Source of the DNA: Treponemataceae bacterium
GTDB lineage: Bacteria; Spirochaetota; Spirochaetia; Treponematales; Rectinemataceae
Length of the DNA stretch: 64,000 bases
Direction: 5' to 3'
Assembly: GCA_963677895.2 (NCBI GenBank)
Contig: CAXXGJ010000017.1
Span: 32,001-96,000, forward strand
Position numbers and translations under genes: made by a program. Below are positions 62,992 through 64,000 of the stretch, one piece after another (positions within the stretch are counted from its first letter, which is position 1; each line of letters starts with the position of its first letter). The notes beneath the pieces are model-generated. The model saw only the letters and a program-made list of their open reading frames with translations, did no database searches and was not told the origin of the DNA.

Positions 62992-64000
62992 CGATATGCC
63001 AGGCCTCCGGTGAGGCTTGCCTGGGGCGAGTCGCCGAACCAGCATTCGCCCTTCCCCCAGACTTCGATCGCGGGACTCAAGGCCGCCTCGACTCCGACGC
63101 CGACGATCAGGTTCCTGGTCACCGGCTCCTGGAGGTCGAACCAGGTGGCGGCGCCGTCGGAGGGGGGATAGGCGCTTTCGATGCCGTAGGCTCCTTTTCG
63201 CAAATATTTGAGCGAAAGGGCGGCGTTGAGGCTGGGGCTTTCCCAGGAGAGCTTCAGCATGTCGAGGACGGTGTCGGGACCATAGGGAAAACCGAGGTAG
63301 AAGGCGTTGGCCGTATACAGATAGCCGGTCGAGGTGTTGACGAGCCGATGGTCGGGCAGCGTCCATTTTCCCGAATCGTTCTCTCTGTTGTAGAGGTAGG
63401 TGGTGGTCCGATACCCCTCGTAGCTCAATCTCAGGCCTCCCGGTTCCAAAAAGCTATTCTCGCGAAGAGAATAATCGGCTTCCCTCATGCGGCCGAACAC
63501 GTAGGGCGAGCCGCCCGCGATTTTCCATTCGGCGCCGCCCAGTAATCCCAGGGCGGTCGGCCGATACGGGGAACCGTCGGAAGTCTCCCAGGGCATCACG
63601 AGATCGTCCATCACAATCTCTCCGAAGGTCCTGACCGTTCCGAATCTGACCTCGGCGCTGGCGTCGAGCATGACATTGCTGTAGGCGTCCTGGTACATGT
63701 TGTGGTAGACGGCGAAGGGCGAAATATCGATGAGGCCGGGCACTATGTCGTGGATGAGGTTGAGTTCGCCCACGGCAATCCTCAGCCGATCGCTAGAGTA
63801 GCCGACCCGATGGGCGAAGATGTTTTTATAGCCCCATCCGGCAGGTTCCGGGTCCAGCTGGGTCCACACGTTGCCCGCCCTATCCGCCCCGATGGCGACG
63901 AAACCGTACCACCACTCGCCCCTGCGCGTAGGGAAGCGATAGTCGATCCACAGGTGATCCAGATAGGGCGCGCTGTCAGATATGGCGAGCCCATAGGTGC
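62976..64000 (-). CDS. Putative outer-membrane beta-barrel protein (Wzi-like), 5'-truncated by the window
   Basis: Frame stays open to the window edge (TYGLAISDSAPYLDH...); amphipathic beta strands, LGFPYGPD, terminal LAYRY. Confidence 0.55.
   Translation of the reverse strand, partial: TYGLAISDSAPYLDHLWIDYRFPTRRGEWWYGFVAIGADRAGNVWTQLDPEPAGWGYKNIFAHRVGYSSDRLRIAVGELNLIHDIVPGLIDISPFAVYHNMYQDAYSNVMLDASAEVRFGTVRTFGEIVMDDLVMPWETSDGSPYRPTALGLLGGAEWKIAGGSPYVFGRMREADYSLRENSFLEPGGLRLSYEGYRTTTYLYNRENDSGKWTLPDHRLVNTSTGYLYTANAFYLGFPYGPDTVLDMLKLSWESPSLNAALSLKYLRKGAYGIESAYPPSDGAATWFDLQEPVTRNLIVGVGVEAALSPAIEVWGKGECWFGDSPQASLTGGLAYRYSTK

Overview
Mostly high-GC bacterial chromosome. The stand-alone groEL starting [16 protein letters not shown], the [FeFe]-hydrogenase and the gene set suggest an anaerobic spirochaete (inference). 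Housekeeping genes include adk, dnaE, glmS, birA, hflX, argF/arcB, ppiC, an RluA-family synthase and groEL. Other loci are a trimeric [FeFe]-hydrogenase operon whose NuoF/HydB subunit is fused to a GltD/NfnB-like FAD/NADPH module, a liv ABC operon, a ROK-regulated sugar locus (ABC, GH1, GH20, GH2), a MarR-regulated heterodimeric ABC exporter and a TetR/SDR pair. An AT-rich island of about 10 kb follows groEL and carries two peptidases, a Crp/Fnr regulator and a dpp/opp ABC system. Best leads: (1) the island regulator has an NtcA-like recognition helix, and matching GTA-N8-TAC boxes sit in duplicated promoters of both peptidase units; (2) the HydB-GltD fusion hydrogenase and its divergent, degenerate NadD-like neighbour; (3) a secreted alpha/beta hydrolase with both catalytic Ser and His replaced; (4) a 1-nt frameshift in an A8 run just after the GH1 start codon; (5) three tandem repeats that echo a gene's last codons and stop. 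No rRNA, tRNA, CRISPR array, integrase or transposase was recognised. All calls come from motif reading by eye; no database search was run.
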